Below are positions 50,488-63,014 of a stretch of 64,000 nucleotides of DNA, piece after piece. The position numbers and the translations under genes were made by a program. The notes beneath the pieces were generated by a model. That model saw only the letters and a list, made by a program, of their open reading frames with translations. It had not been told where the DNA came from and did not search any database. The DNA lies in contig NW_026250405.1 of NCBI RefSeq assembly GCF_024521635.1, positions 1,364,001 to 1,428,000 of the forward strand, read 5' to 3'. Position 1 is the stretch's first letter. Every line of letters starts with the position of its first letter. The stretch is from Tricharina praecox (taxonomy: Eukaryota).

Positions 50488-51533
50488 TCAACCCAACATC
50501 TTTACCCACGTCTCGTACCTCTCCTTAGCCCTCTTGATGCACACCGGCAACACTTCGACGACGTTCGTGAGGCCACCGCTCTTCTCGATCCTCTTGATCT
50601 TGCCTCCTTCGCTTACACAAACCAGCACCCTCTCGACACACACGGACTCCTCAAACTCATCGGGATCACTGAGTACCCACCTCTGTTTTCCGCCTTCCTC
50701 CTCCTCGCCTTCGTTCTCAAAGACGCAGAAAGAAGCCACAAACACGGGCTCCCTCATCTCCAGGGCACGGTACGCGGCAGGATTAGGATCGCAGACCACC
50801 ATCTCCTTATCCGCATCCCATATCGCCCTTGGCAGCCTGGTGGACCTGAGTGCAGCCACCACCGCCGCCCATGCCGTGTCCAGAACGTTGCCGTCGAGTG
50901 AGATACACACGATGTCAATGTACAACACCCAGTAGGCCTTCGTCTCGCCTTCGACATCGCAGATGCGCAGTGTAGAGGCCGGTATCAACGTCGCAGTATC
51001 GAGCAGCAGGGAGCGCAATCGTTCCGCCACCGCCTGTGCAAAGTCCGACGGTGGGCCGGGATGGTAGTCACGGGAGCAGCCAGTGCCTACACGTATTCCC
51101 CGTTAGCACGCACCCGCCCATCCACAGGGGGAGGGGTGGGGTGGAACATACCCAGCTCAAGATTTGGCACGAGCAGCGAGTGTGTCTTGATCTCCTCGTC
51201 GACATCCAACTTCCCGGTGGTGCCGTCAGAGACATTCCGGTGCACATCAATCTTCCCTTTCGTCCTCCCCTCTCCATGTGTAAGCCCCAAGATCTCTCCG
51301 CGCACGCCGCACACGACGGCAGTATCGCCAGTGCGCACCACCGCCGACCCCTGCGCGTGCGATAGCGAATTGGTATGGAGCGACGGAGCGCGAAACGCTT
51401 CCGGTGCGCGCGCCGAGGGCCGTGTGGGTTCCGTGGACTGGAGGTGTCGCAGGAGGTAGGAGCCCGGCGAGAGCTTCTGGAACGTCTGCGCGGGGAAGGA
51501 CAGGCCCATCGTTTCTGTCGTCGTCGTGGCCAT
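50488..51533 (-). CDS. RRP43: Exosome RNase PH-ring subunit Rrp43, 2 exons
   Basis: SFPAQTFQKLSP..RPSAR..FR, GSAVVRTGDTAVVCGVRGEIL, LLVPNLEL, WVLYIDIVCISLDGNVLD, VLSDPDEFEE, RIEKSGG. Confidence 0.9.
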
Positions 51534-54500
51534 CGTTGCGGTGTTGTTGTGGGATCTGCTGGAGTTGTGACGTTGGGGACGACGGCTCTGCTCTGCTGCT
51601 TTCTTCGCGAACGGTACTTGCCGTTGGCGCGCAGACGCAGGCGAGGCGAGAGACACGTGATTAACTCATTGATGTGATCAGGGTTGCCACTCGAGCTGGT
51701 TAGCGCGGATTCTTACGACGACAGTTTTGTGACCCCAGGTGAAGCCGTCATTCGCCGTATGAAGGTGAATCTGTACTTGTGACTTATCGCGTCAGGGAGA
51801 CAGTATGGTGAGTCTGCCTGAAGTACCTATTTCTCGTGTCGGCCATGTAGGCATCTTTCCAATCGCCAGAGTTCACAGCTACTCCTTGGCTTCCAGGATA
51901 ATCCAATAGTAGGTGAATGTATTTCCCCACCACCTTCTTTACATAAATGTCGCTTCTAACTACGAGGGTGCTATGTACATAATTGTGCTGCAAGATTCCT
52001 ACACCATGTGCGATCACTCGTAGGGCGAGTGATATACGGTGCCAGACCCCAGAAAAATTCGTACGGAGGGCAGGGAAAGCCACATCGGGCCGCTTGATGA
52101 AAGTCGGGTTGGACAGTAGTGTTGAGCCGGAGCTTATACATATATTGGCATGATCTATCTAGGTCTTTTTTGGTTCATTCATTGATTACGTGCGACCTAT
52201 CTAGATCATGGCAATATCTCTACCCGTTCGCCCCCCGTTTCCCCGCCTCTGTCCAACCCAGCTTTCATCAGGCGGCCCGATGTGGCTGATCTATCTAGGT
52301 CGCAAGCAATTACTGATTAAACAAAAAACTACGAGTGATATCCAGTGCAGCGCCGTGCTCCGAACCGCCGTGCCAAAAACCGAAACCGAAACCGAAACCG
52401 AAACCTTCGGTTACCTACTCCGGCATGTAGCTTGGAAAGCTCTAGAGTCAAGTGCACGTGGTGCTGTAGAATACCCTGTCTTTTCCCTAGGCGACATACT
52501 TTCCAAGGTAATAGGTACTTAAATAGCTCGTTTCCGGCCCACCCAGCTGAGAGGTGGAGTTACGAGTGACGGCCAAAGTGACCTTCCCGAGTCCTGGCCG
52601 TTATGTCTGTGATAGAGGTACATATATCGGGGAGGACCGATGAAGAGGACAGTAGTTTTTCTGGAATGATATCGTTGGCTAGCTTCAGCCTTCGGAAAAC
52701 ACTGGATGCCGATGCCGATGCGGCACGTTGAGCCTTGAGGCCGGAAGATCACTCGGGTATCTTGAGTACCAGCCAGCATACAAACTCTCAATTCTCGCGT
52801 AATCCGTGGGCATCTACTCTGAAAGGCGGCAGCCTAACGGTTGGGGAATCAGTGTGGACTCAGTGACGGCGAGGATCGGATCCGACATACCAACTCCAGG
52901 CTCCAGGAAGGACGAATGCGTAGGATTTGTTTTTGCTCGCCATTGGGAATTTGGGAGCGAGCACGCTGCACCCCACTCCACCCCGTCGCACGCGGAGTTG
53001 GCCTCGGTACCGTTCTCAATACCGTAAGACTCGGTTTGCTTTTGTTCTTAGCCGAGTGTACTATATTGCTCGTCCATCAGCTGTTGCTCATGGACCGGCA
53101 AGAAGACCTTAGTAGATGGGAAGCACAGCATATCACCCGCACCCACACCGCCATTGCACAATCCCCCCTCCCCCCCGGCCCCGAGCTTTCCATGTGCGGC
53201 CGCAGACACCACCACCGCCGCTACTACCGTATGTACATACGGGAAATCTCAGCTCGAAGTCCACAGGGAGCGCGCCTCCCCTCCCCCAATCCGCCATCTG
53301 GTAGAGTACCTATCGATGGCGCAATCCAATCCGTCAATCCCGATCGAGAATGAACTTCGGACGAACGACTGCGTAGGTATTCCTCATTCGTTTCCCTACC
53401 GTACTCTATCTCCATCTCTATCTCCACCTCTATCTCTATCTCTGTCGCCACATCTGTGCCCGCTCGACGATCCGGATCGTAGAATCTAGATATCGTCGTT
53501 TTTTCTTTCCTTCGTTTTTCTTTCTGCTGGCCGTTTTTCGACTTTCTTTTCTTTTCTTTTCTTTTCGCGTGAGTGAGTGAGTGAGTGAGTGTTTCCTTTT
53601 TTTCTTCTTCTTCCAGGCCAGACACCGGCACGTCACGTCACGACGCCGGTCTTGTCCGTCTGGTCTTGTCCGTCTGGTCTTGTCTTGTCTGGATAGGTCG
53701 GCCACATGTGACGGCGCACCCATCACCCATCGCCCTCCTCCGTTCCGTCATGCTCATGCAAACATGCAAGCAAGAAAATACCGCTCTCCAGGCCTGCGTC
53801 CGCACATGGAAGAATTCTCGCTCGCTCGAGCTCGCCTGGCCTCCCGAATAAACTATCGAGTATACACAAAGTCGAGACTCGAGACTCGATACGTGCTCTG
53901 CCGACACCTGCCTACCGTACCCCATGTTCCATTTTCCAATTCCGTTTCGCAGGCCGCAGGTCGCAGGTCGCAGCAGCAGCTGCGAAGGCGGATTGCGAAT
54001 TGAGAATTAAGAATTGCGGCAGCTCAAATGTTGTCCTGGAGCGATACATACGGTATGCACATCTACGGTATATGGGCACTGCGTGTGTGCGACACTCAAG
54101 TGTGCGACTGGCCCACGGGACGAACGTGCGGTGTATCATACCTAGCAGCCAGTGCCTCGCCTCGCAAGGACGGGCAAACATCGCGGAAACAAGTTTTCGT
54201 CATATGCATACTTCACACACACACACGGGGTGTATCTCTCAGAGAAAACCGAGAGAGAAAAAACAAAAACCTGGAAACCGGGAAAGTCACGGATCCACAA
54301 ATCCCTCAGCGACGCCACAGCCGGGGTCGACGTCCTTAAACATCCGGCTCCGCCGTGACTCTGTGAGGGGAGGGTACTCTCGAGTACTCTAAAGAAGTAG
54401 AGGTGGAGGTGGGGGCGAGATAAGAGTGTGACTGTGAGCGTCTGTCTGTATCTCTCTGTCTGTCTGAATGTATGCTTACATATTCATCCGACCTCTGGGC

Positions 54501-56056
54501 CTCTGTCGGCGGGGCACATGGTGATGCCATACCGATGGTGTTTTCCCGTGCCTGTCCGTGCCTGTCCGTGACGGTGCCTGGAAGCTGCAGGGATAATGAA
54601 TAATTTTTCGCAACGACACACCGCAGCGCAACGCCATCGTCAGCCCGCCGGAGCTTCGTGAAAAGTTCTCACGTATAGTACTTGATACATGATACATCGA
54701 GTACATAGAGCGTGTACATAGCTGCATGACCTCCGCCGGGGCGCTAGAAGGCAGCGGAACACTACCACCACCACTACCGCCGCCGTAGTACCACCGCGGT
54801 ACCACCGCAGTACCAGTAGGTAGTAGGTACAGCCTGCTGGGCGTTTCCCGCTCGCCTCGCCTCGCAAAACGCAAAACGCAAAACTTCTTTGCAGACAGAC
54901 AGACAGATGGATAGACAGATGGCTGGAAGAATGGATGGAAGGAAGGATTGATGCACGCACACATGCAGGCTGGCTGGCAGGAACACTAGCAGGCAGGCAG
55001 GCAGACTGGCATGCAAGCGCCGCATGCATCCCCCGGAAAACAGCCGGATGAACTCCACCACTGCTGGGTACAAAGGTGCTTGGTTAGAGTAGCGTACGGG
55101 TAGCTAAGGCTGAGGTTTCGGTGCTCGGTGCTCGGTGCTCAGTGTTGCATCGCCAACCCCCCCCCCCCCCCCCAGTGAAATGCTGTGATATCTATGCGAC
55201 GAAGTCCGTATCTCGAGCTGGACAGCACAGTAGACGGAGTACCTAGCCTGCGGTTATGCCCGCCCCCGCCGCCCCGCCCCGTCCGCCGTCCCGTCCCGCC
55301 GCCCTTCCGGTCATCTGCCGAGCGCGAGCTTGCGAATGAGCTCTAAGTAGACATCTGCGGTAATTTCTGCTGCGCGGTGCGGTGCAGGCAGCCATGCACT
55401 CGAGATAGAGAGATACCGGTATGTAGATGTGCTCGTACTCTACATACATAGAGTACATACATACAAAGTCGTAGATAGCCGTTCCCTGCTAGCTACTCTG
55501 GCTGGCTAGGTAGCCACGTACACGGGTACTCAGATAGATTAGCAGACTGTTGGAGTAGGTATATACGTGGTGTTAAACAGTTATTTCGGGAGGCTCGGAG
55601 AGTCGGAGTCGGGTAGGTGTAAGTAGAGTAGTTACCGGTAACTACTCTAGAATATCTTCAGCTGAACGAGACACATCTAGAGCAGTCTGGCAGCTACTGG
55701 CAGCGGCTGGAATCCAGCGGCACAGAGTCCAGAAAGACCTGCATGCGCCGTTATCTGGCTGCGGTACATACTTCATACCACCCACGGTACCTACACATGT
55801 ATGTGTACTTAGTACCGTACATAGCGTTTCCGTCGTGGCCTCGTAGCCAAGCTGGTAGTTGCGCGCAAAGAGAGGCGACGAGACGACGAGCATGCGCGCG
55901 TCTCGCGAGTCGCAACGGTGGACGTACGGCGGGAATGGGTGGCCGGCGGGATGGTTGGGTGGACGGGTGGACGGGTGGACGGGATGGATGTCTCATATTT
56001 GTTTTATCCATTGCAGTAGATTGTCTCACGCACGTAGCCTTCAAAGCAAGCTGTAT

Positions 56057-56057
<1 letters not shown>

Positions 56058-56104
<47 letters not shown>
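56058..56104. repeat. (GT)~23 microsatellite
   Basis: Directly visible. Confidence 0.97.
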
Positions 56105-56106
<2 letters not shown>

Positions 56107-57403
56107 CCATCATCAACGTCAGCTGTGGGGAAGAAGTCGTCAGTCGTCAGTAGTCGTATGTAGAGAGGGGGAGGGGGAGGGTCAGGACGTCTGCGACGCA
56201 GAGGACGCAGAGGACGCAGAGGACGTGAGTACTGAGGATGGCTATTGTACCAGCGGTTATCTGCTTTGCGGGAAAATACCATTGCGAGCGGTGAGAGACG
56301 TTCAGCTCGCTCTCGCTGTCACTCGGGCTCCCGGAGCACCTACCCACTCAGCCTGGGTAGTACCGGCTTACTTGGCGGAAACACCCAGTGACTACGGTAC
56401 TACATAGAGTATAAACAAAGCCCCAACCGCAAACACGTCCCCCGCGGCCTCGTCCCCCTGCGTCCACTCTCCCCCCCCCCCGCAGCCCCCAAGCGGTCAA
56501 CAAGTATCACAGATCATCCGCCGGCGGCCAGACCCCCCCCCCCGCCAGACCCCCCCTTGGCCAGACCCCTCCTATGCCCTCCTATGCCCTCCTATGCCCT
56601 CCTATGCCCAATGTTTACAACGGATCTCACTCGCCCTACCCCAGCCCAGCCCCCCTTCCATCCCCGGACCCCCTCCCCATCCTCCGAAGAAACTCGCCTC
56701 TTTTACCGGCATTGCGGCTAGATCCCGCCCCCATCCAGAGTAATCTCGGGCGAGGCTCGGATACTCTAATCCTCGGGGGTCCGGGGGGGGGGGGGGGCGT
56801 GCTTAGATCTGCTAGAGTAAGACTGGGGGCCGAGCGAATTTTTTTGTTGGATTGGATGGTGTTTATCCAGATGTTTAGATATCATTGTTTATCTACTACC
56901 CAGACTGCCTAGACCACCTACCTAGACTACTACGGTAGTATCATACCCAGACTATGTGGTTTGCCTGGTTCGCAGTTGCCAGTTGCCAATTGGGGGTCTT
57001 CGAACGCCTACTTATCTATCATTACGGAAAAATCAACCCGGACGGGCGTCGGGATGCTAGGTAGTAGATACACAGGTAAGTGGAATACCGGTAGATAGAT
57101 AAATAACAGGAAGTGTACATACCAGTAACTACTCTGCTACATATAGATATATGGAAACTGAAACGCGGTAGGGACGGTACTCTATCTAAATTCTACACAC
57201 CCATCACACATACTTACGGGAGATGATAATTCCAAAACCAAAGCTTCCAGAATTCACAATCCAGCCGGCCTTTCGGTTCGGCAGGGCGCTACCTTCCTAG
57301 TATGTATAACTTCCAACCGGCGCCTCCACGGATTCTTTTCGCTTGAATCTTGCCGACGGTATAGGTACCGTATACCGTACCTAGTTGTAATAAATTATGA
57401 ACT

Positions 57404-57682
57404 CCACGTTGTCCATGTTGTCCATGTTGTCCATGTTGTCCATGTTGTCCATGTTGCCCATGTTGTCCATGTTGTCCATGTTGCCCATGTTGTCCATGTT
57501 GTCCATGTTGCCCATGTTGTCCATGTTGTCCATGTTGTCCATGTTGCCCATGTTGTCCATGTTGTCCATGTTGCCCATGTTGTCCATGTTGTCCATGTTG
57601 TCCATGTTGTCCATGTTGCCCATGTTGTCCATGTTGTCCATGTTGTCCATGTTGTCCATGTTGTCCACGTTGTCCACGTTGT
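57404..57682. repeat. 31 x 9-bp tandem array (CCATGTTGT with CCATGTTGC and CCACGTTGT variants)
   Basis: 279 bp of uninterrupted 9-mers; unit has no stop codon in any frame. Confidence 0.97.
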
Positions 57683-60600
57683 CGACGGCCCGAATACAAA
57701 CAACATCAAATACCAAACACCAAACATCAGGCATCAATTTATCCCGTGCTGTCAACGTCAATGGCCGTATCAGGGCCGGAGACGAAACTCCGCAGCCTCG
57801 CCCAAAACTCCCTACGACCTATATCTACTCGAGTATAAGGTATGCACCGGATATTTTCTGGTGGAGTAGCGCCTACTCCCCCCACGGGCGGTTCGGTTCG
57901 GTTCGTACTCTACTCTACTCTACTACTGGCCGCCGGCGGTAAGAGCTGGCGAAGAAGAAGAAGTTGGAGGGAGAAGAAGAAGAAAAAAACACTCGTGCCC
58001 GGCATGCCGCTATCCGAAGTTGCATATCCAGGAAAGCGATGCGATGGTGAGTACTATGGAGTACTATGGAGTATGTAGTACGGTAGGAGTAGTAGGCATC
58101 TACGTTATGCATTCGAAATCATCGTCAAAGGACTGAACTCTGAAGCTCTCTTTGCTTTTGTTTGTCCTTGTCCCCCTTCGCCAAAGATCGGCACGGTCAC
58201 GCATCCATCCAGCATCCCTCCTCCATTCCACCCTCTCCATCCCATCGTCCCATCACCATCACCATTGCTTTTCCGCCGCCGATTCCCTGATCTGCCAGAT
58301 GCATTTGGAGATCGGTAACTTTTTGAGGCATGGCGTATGTAGAATATTACGGAGTGGCCCACGCGAATGTCGGCAAAAACCACCTCCCATCCCCCCCTCC
58401 GCGGCGGTTGCGCACAAAGTGCCGTGTGAACGGGATGGGATGGGATTGGATTGGATTTTTTATGTCTCCGCCGCTGCTGCTGCTGCTGCGGGCTAGAGTA
58501 GAGTAGAGTACGGTAGGCAGAAGCAGAGTAGAGACGACCCGTCTTTTCCTGCAACGTTAACGCAACGCAACGCGACGCAACGCAAACGCAACGCATAATA
58601 GACTTCGATACGGTTGGCGGGGTTAGGTAATTTACGCAAAGCAAAGCGAGGCAAAGGCATTGCCGAAGAGACAGGAAGCAAATGGAAGAAAGAAGGAAAG
58701 GGAAGAAGGAAAAAGAGAAGAAAAAAAGGAGGACCCGTGCAGCAGTTTCTTCCCGTTGGTGTTTGAGGGAAAAGAAACGAGCTTGGATGTATGTAACTAC
58801 TAGTAAGCGGCTGCTTGGAGAAAGTACAGCCCCATCCTTAGTTAGACGCCAGCGGGCGCTTCTACGGTATTCTTCTTCTTCGGCCCAGCCGTTCGTGGCC
58901 GCGGCGGTGTGGGACTCTGGGGCAGTGGCGCAGCTGTCCAGCCCCAGCAGCGGCCAACGGCCAACGGCGAGCGGTCGACGGCTATCTGGCAAAGAGTTGC
59001 GCACATGACCGTGTGTCACGGAGCGAAGCATTGCGAAAGTTGACCATCGAAATGCTGTGATCGACGATTGAGGAAGAGGAGCAGTAGCTGTGGAGTCACT
59101 GGAGTAGGAGTTCTCAACTGGCCGTGGTCAGCCACCCAGTCCCAACTATGAATGTGACGCAAGGACCAAACTTCCCTTTGTCTTTGCGAGCTACATAGAG
59201 TACACATGTGTGTGCACTGTGCATGTGAGGAACGACATGCCGACGTAACTACGTCGTATCTAGCGTGGAAGAATGCCACAGAACATGCATTCCGCCCTGC
59301 GGAATCCGGCAGATGGCTGGCCATCGTTCGGAGAATTCCTGCGGGGCGTCGGAGGAGGAGGAGGAAGAGGAGGAGGAGAGCTCGGATGAGCCACGGTTTC
59401 CTGGCATACCGTACGCCACGGTGCAAGGGCGTGGTTTGTCGCCGCCACCCGAGACGCTGGCGGGCCTGCCCAAGTTAACCCACGTTCGTCGGTTGTGCCG
59501 CCGCCTTGTCAAGCGCTTATGTGGTTATGCAGAGCACTTTCGGGCTCACTTGACGCTTGTCTGGTCTGTGGGACCCCGAAGAGAGCGGTGTTTTTTTTCT
59601 TCCATGTGTGCGGTAGTTGCCGTGATGATAGATATCGACTGTAGATGCTTCTTCCGAGCACAGGAGGGCCAGTCCGGGCCACTATATGCACATGTTTTGC
59701 CTGCTTGCTTTTAATTGCGATGCACCATTCACCCACCCATCCGCGTCGTCTGGCCTCTGGCATCTGGCCAGCCTGTCCCACACTGGTGAGTACAAAGTAC
59801 TTAGCTGGTCATGCCGACCTGGCCGTGGATGCGTGCATCGTCATCGTCGAGCAGTCAACCATCCTTTTGATTCTGGCCTCTGCCTCCCCCAGTTGCCCAG
59901 CCCACTTGCCCGCTCCGCTCCGCCCCGTCCCGGCGCCGTCTACCCTCGAACCCCCTCCTCCCCGCCCTTCCCCGCGATTCCATCCATCCATCGGTCCATC
60001 CCCGCCCGTGACCCGCCCGCCACCACCGCCCGCCTACACTTTCCCCAGACTCAGCCTTCAGCCATCAGCCTCCCACGCCGACGACCGCCGCAACGCACGC
60101 AATCGTCGATCCGACACCCCCTCCCACTCTCCTCCCCACACTTTCGACTCTGCACCCCACCCCACATCATCGTGCTCCCAGCGACGCATCTTCTCCTCCT
60201 CCCTCGTCGGTCCGTCCGCCGGCGCAGAAAGAAAAGAAAGAAGAATAAGAATAAGAATAAAAGAATAAAAGCGACACAGCGTTACCGCTGCTGCCACTAG
60301 CCTCGCCTCACAGCACAGCGACCACAGCACACAGCTTTGCTGTCGTCGGATCCGGGTATTCGTCGAACAGAGTGTACGACGGAGTCCTGCTTTCTGCTTG
60401 CTTTCGGTCGACAGCTGCCAATCGGGATCAGGCAAAAGCGACACCACCGTCACACACGCCGGACAAAGCCTCTGCTTCCTCTTCTGCCTCTTCTTCTTAA
60501 TCTTCATCTTAATCTTCATCTATTTCGATTTCGATTTCTTTTTCCTCTTCTTTTCTTTTTCTTCGTCTTCGGCTTCTTCTTCATCTGTTTGGACGAGGAA

Positions 60601-61307
60601 AGACCATCCGATTGACGTTTGCCAGGCACAGGCCAAAAGAAAGAAGCGGACCGGCACTCCCTGCCACGCGACGTGCAATACCAACAAGCATAAAAAACGG
60701 GAAACTATATAATTCCTCCAGCCGGTGCCACGCAAGTCGGGTCGTGCAGAGCAACGAAACGACCGCAAGGGAAGGGAACGGTGGCTTAACTCGTCCATGC
60801 ACACTACTACACACGGACCGGCCCATCATCATCATCATATCAAAACCCTCCACCACCCACCCACCTCCACCACCATCCAGCGTCCATCCAACCACATCCC
60901 TTCCACCTACCACCACCACCACCTGCCACTTGCCCTCCCCCTCCCCCCCCCCCCCCCCCCCACTCATACAAGGCCACCTCCAACACCACCACCACCACCA
61001 CCACCTGCTCCCATCTCCATCCAACAACAATAACAACAACAACACCATCCATCACCTCTTCCCTTTTCACATCCACCAGGGCTCCACCATCGCTGACTCG
61101 CTACACCCACAATCACTCCAGCATCTCGTGTGTTCGTCCATCCGATCCCTCTCAATTTTGTTTCGCGCTTCGCACAGCATCACCGGAATCCAACCGCGCT
61201 AGCGAAAATTCGTAGCGGCTCAAACTCAAACTCGAACATTCTCGTCCACTCGACCCGCCGCCTCGGTCTACCTAATTCAGCGCTATCTGACCGCCGACTT
61301 AAATACG

Positions 61308-63014
61308 ATGGAGCAAGCTTACCCAATACCACCGAGCCCTCGACGGCTATCCGAGCGCCGGGGCAAGCCCGAACTACAACCTCTCGGCCCAATCCTACCT
61401 TCCCCGAACGCTTCCACTCCCACCTTCAACTCTGGACCCACCGCCACCAGAGACGCAGACATCGAATCGCTCAACTCGTCGATACCCAGCGGAGTCTTTT
61501 CACCAGACAACTACGGTACACCGGTAATGTCAGCGCCCGCCACACCGACCGACATCTCGCCCATCCGCCACCTTGCGATGCCTTTCGGCGCCGGCTCATC
61601 GATCGTCGGAACTTCGATACAAGAGGAGGATGAAGCGAGCGAGTGCGATTGCCAGGAATGTGAGGACCGCTGCGGAGAGTACGGGCTGGGACTGGCAGTG
61701 GGGGCCGCGGGCACGATGGGCACCAAAGATGTCGCGTTTCCGCGGCTGGACACGGTACGAACCGTACGGGAGGCATTCGAAGAGTCGTGCTACGGGTCGC
61801 ATTATCACTACAACGAGAAGCTCGCTCCCATCGCAATGCCTCCAACCCCTCCTTCCAATGGTACGCGACGCGATTCCCCCGATCGGACGTTCCCCAGAGC
61901 TAACTTGACTTTGTTTGCAGCTAGCGAGCAACCGTTTATGTTTTCCAATCACGGATCGCCGACGTCGCCAGCAATTGACGCTGAAGCTTTTTCATCTGGC
62001 CCTTCATCGCTCACGCTTCCGCCACGGTCCCCGAAGAACGAGGGTTCATTGGGTGGTGGTGCGAGACTCCGCGCAACGAGCATCCTCAACAAGGTGGTTC
62101 CCGCGAAATTACGGGCGAGCCTGAAGAGACGTATCTCCGGAACAAACGACATGTCTGCCCAGCCACCACCGCTCCAGCCAATAGACACGATGCCAACATA
62201 TTCGGCAGTTATCGCCCCTGGTACACCGCCGGACGATTCCTTCGGGAGATGGCATGTGGAACAGCAGACATCCCTCCCTAGGGCTGAGGACAATTATAGC
62301 CCGCTCTCATCTCCCGAGGCGATCCTGCCGCCTACACTTTTGCCCTCCTCCATATCGCCAAGGTCGCCTTGCGTCGAAACCGACTCCTTCTTCGCTTCAC
62401 CGCTGCAGTCACCCAGAACGGTCGGCATGCCCGCTTTTGCAAGGATGGAATCGCTACCCGAAACACCCACGGATGTTGTCTGCAGCCCATTGCATCCTCC
62501 GACCATCTCACCGCTAATGTCGCCATCGCTCGCGTCTACATCTCAAACGTCACTGGGTACGTGGGGAGGCCTGCTACATGCCCACAAGAAGGTGCCCAGC
62601 ATAGACCCGGCAACATCATCGGCGCCGCGCAAACCAGCAGCCCCACTGACTCTGGTAACAGCAAACTCTCTCGCCGACATGATCGAGGAGATGCAGTCCG
62701 AGATCGACGCATACGATGCCACGCTGGCCCGCATGGTCAGCAGCGGATGGTCGAGCCCCCAGGAGATCCGGAACGTTGAGCTCCAGCGAGAGGAGCACCG
62801 GAGCACCTGGCAAACGCGCGTCAACGAATCCAAGAAGATGCTGGAAGGGATGCGGAGGACAGAGGTCAAATATTCGGCCATGTCGAGTGTTTCCAGCTTC
62901 GACAGCTTTGGCAGCACACAGCAAGCAACGTCCAGCCAACTCACCTCTGTTACATCGCTACCAAATATCGATGCCTACAGCCATTCCGGTTCGGAACGCA
63001 GTTCACAAATCTAG
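61308..63014 (+). CDS. Intronless 568-aa Ser/Pro-rich hypothetical protein with a small Cys cluster and C-terminal helical hairpin/coiled coil
   Basis: Long ORF with ATG in ACGATGG context; ECDCQECEDRC; LADMIEEMQSEIDAYDATLARMVSSGWSSPQEIRNVELQREE. Confidence 0.8.
   Translation: MEQAYPIPPSPRRLSERRGKPELQPLGPILPSPNASTPTFNSGPTATRDADIESLNSSIPSGVFSPDNYGTPVMSAPATPTDISPIRHLAMPFGAGSSIVGTSIQEEDEASECDCQECEDRCGEYGLGLAVGAAGTMGTKDVAFPRLDTVRTVREAFEESCYGSHYHYNEKLAPIAMPPTPPSNGTRRDSPDRTFPRANLTLFAASEQPFMFSNHGSPTSPAIDAEAFSSGPSSLTLPPRSPKNEGSLGGGARLRATSILNKVVPAKLRASLKRRISGTNDMSAQPPPLQPIDTMPTYSAVIAPGTPPDDSFGRWHVEQQTSLPRAEDNYSPLSSPEAILPPTLLPSSISPRSPCVETDSFFASPLQSPRTVGMPAFARMESLPETPTDVVCSPLHPPTISPLMSPSLASTSQTSLGTWGGLLHAHKKVPSIDPATSSAPRKPAAPLTLVTANSLADMIEEMQSEIDAYDATLARMVSSGWSSPQEIRNVELQREEHRSTWQTRVNESKKMLEGMRRTEVKYSAMSSVSSFDSFGSTQQATSSQLTSVTSLPNIDAYSHSGSERSSQI

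Noticed and set aside
51784..52083. Possible protein-kinase relic (RISLALRVIAHGVGILQHNYVH)
   Set aside because: Only vague similarity; no HRD, DFG or other kinase motifs
58105..59031. 308-aa minus-strand ORF and other ORFs in the 52-61 kb interval
   Set aside because: Run through microsatellites and low-complexity sequence, non-ATG or weak starts, no protein-like composition
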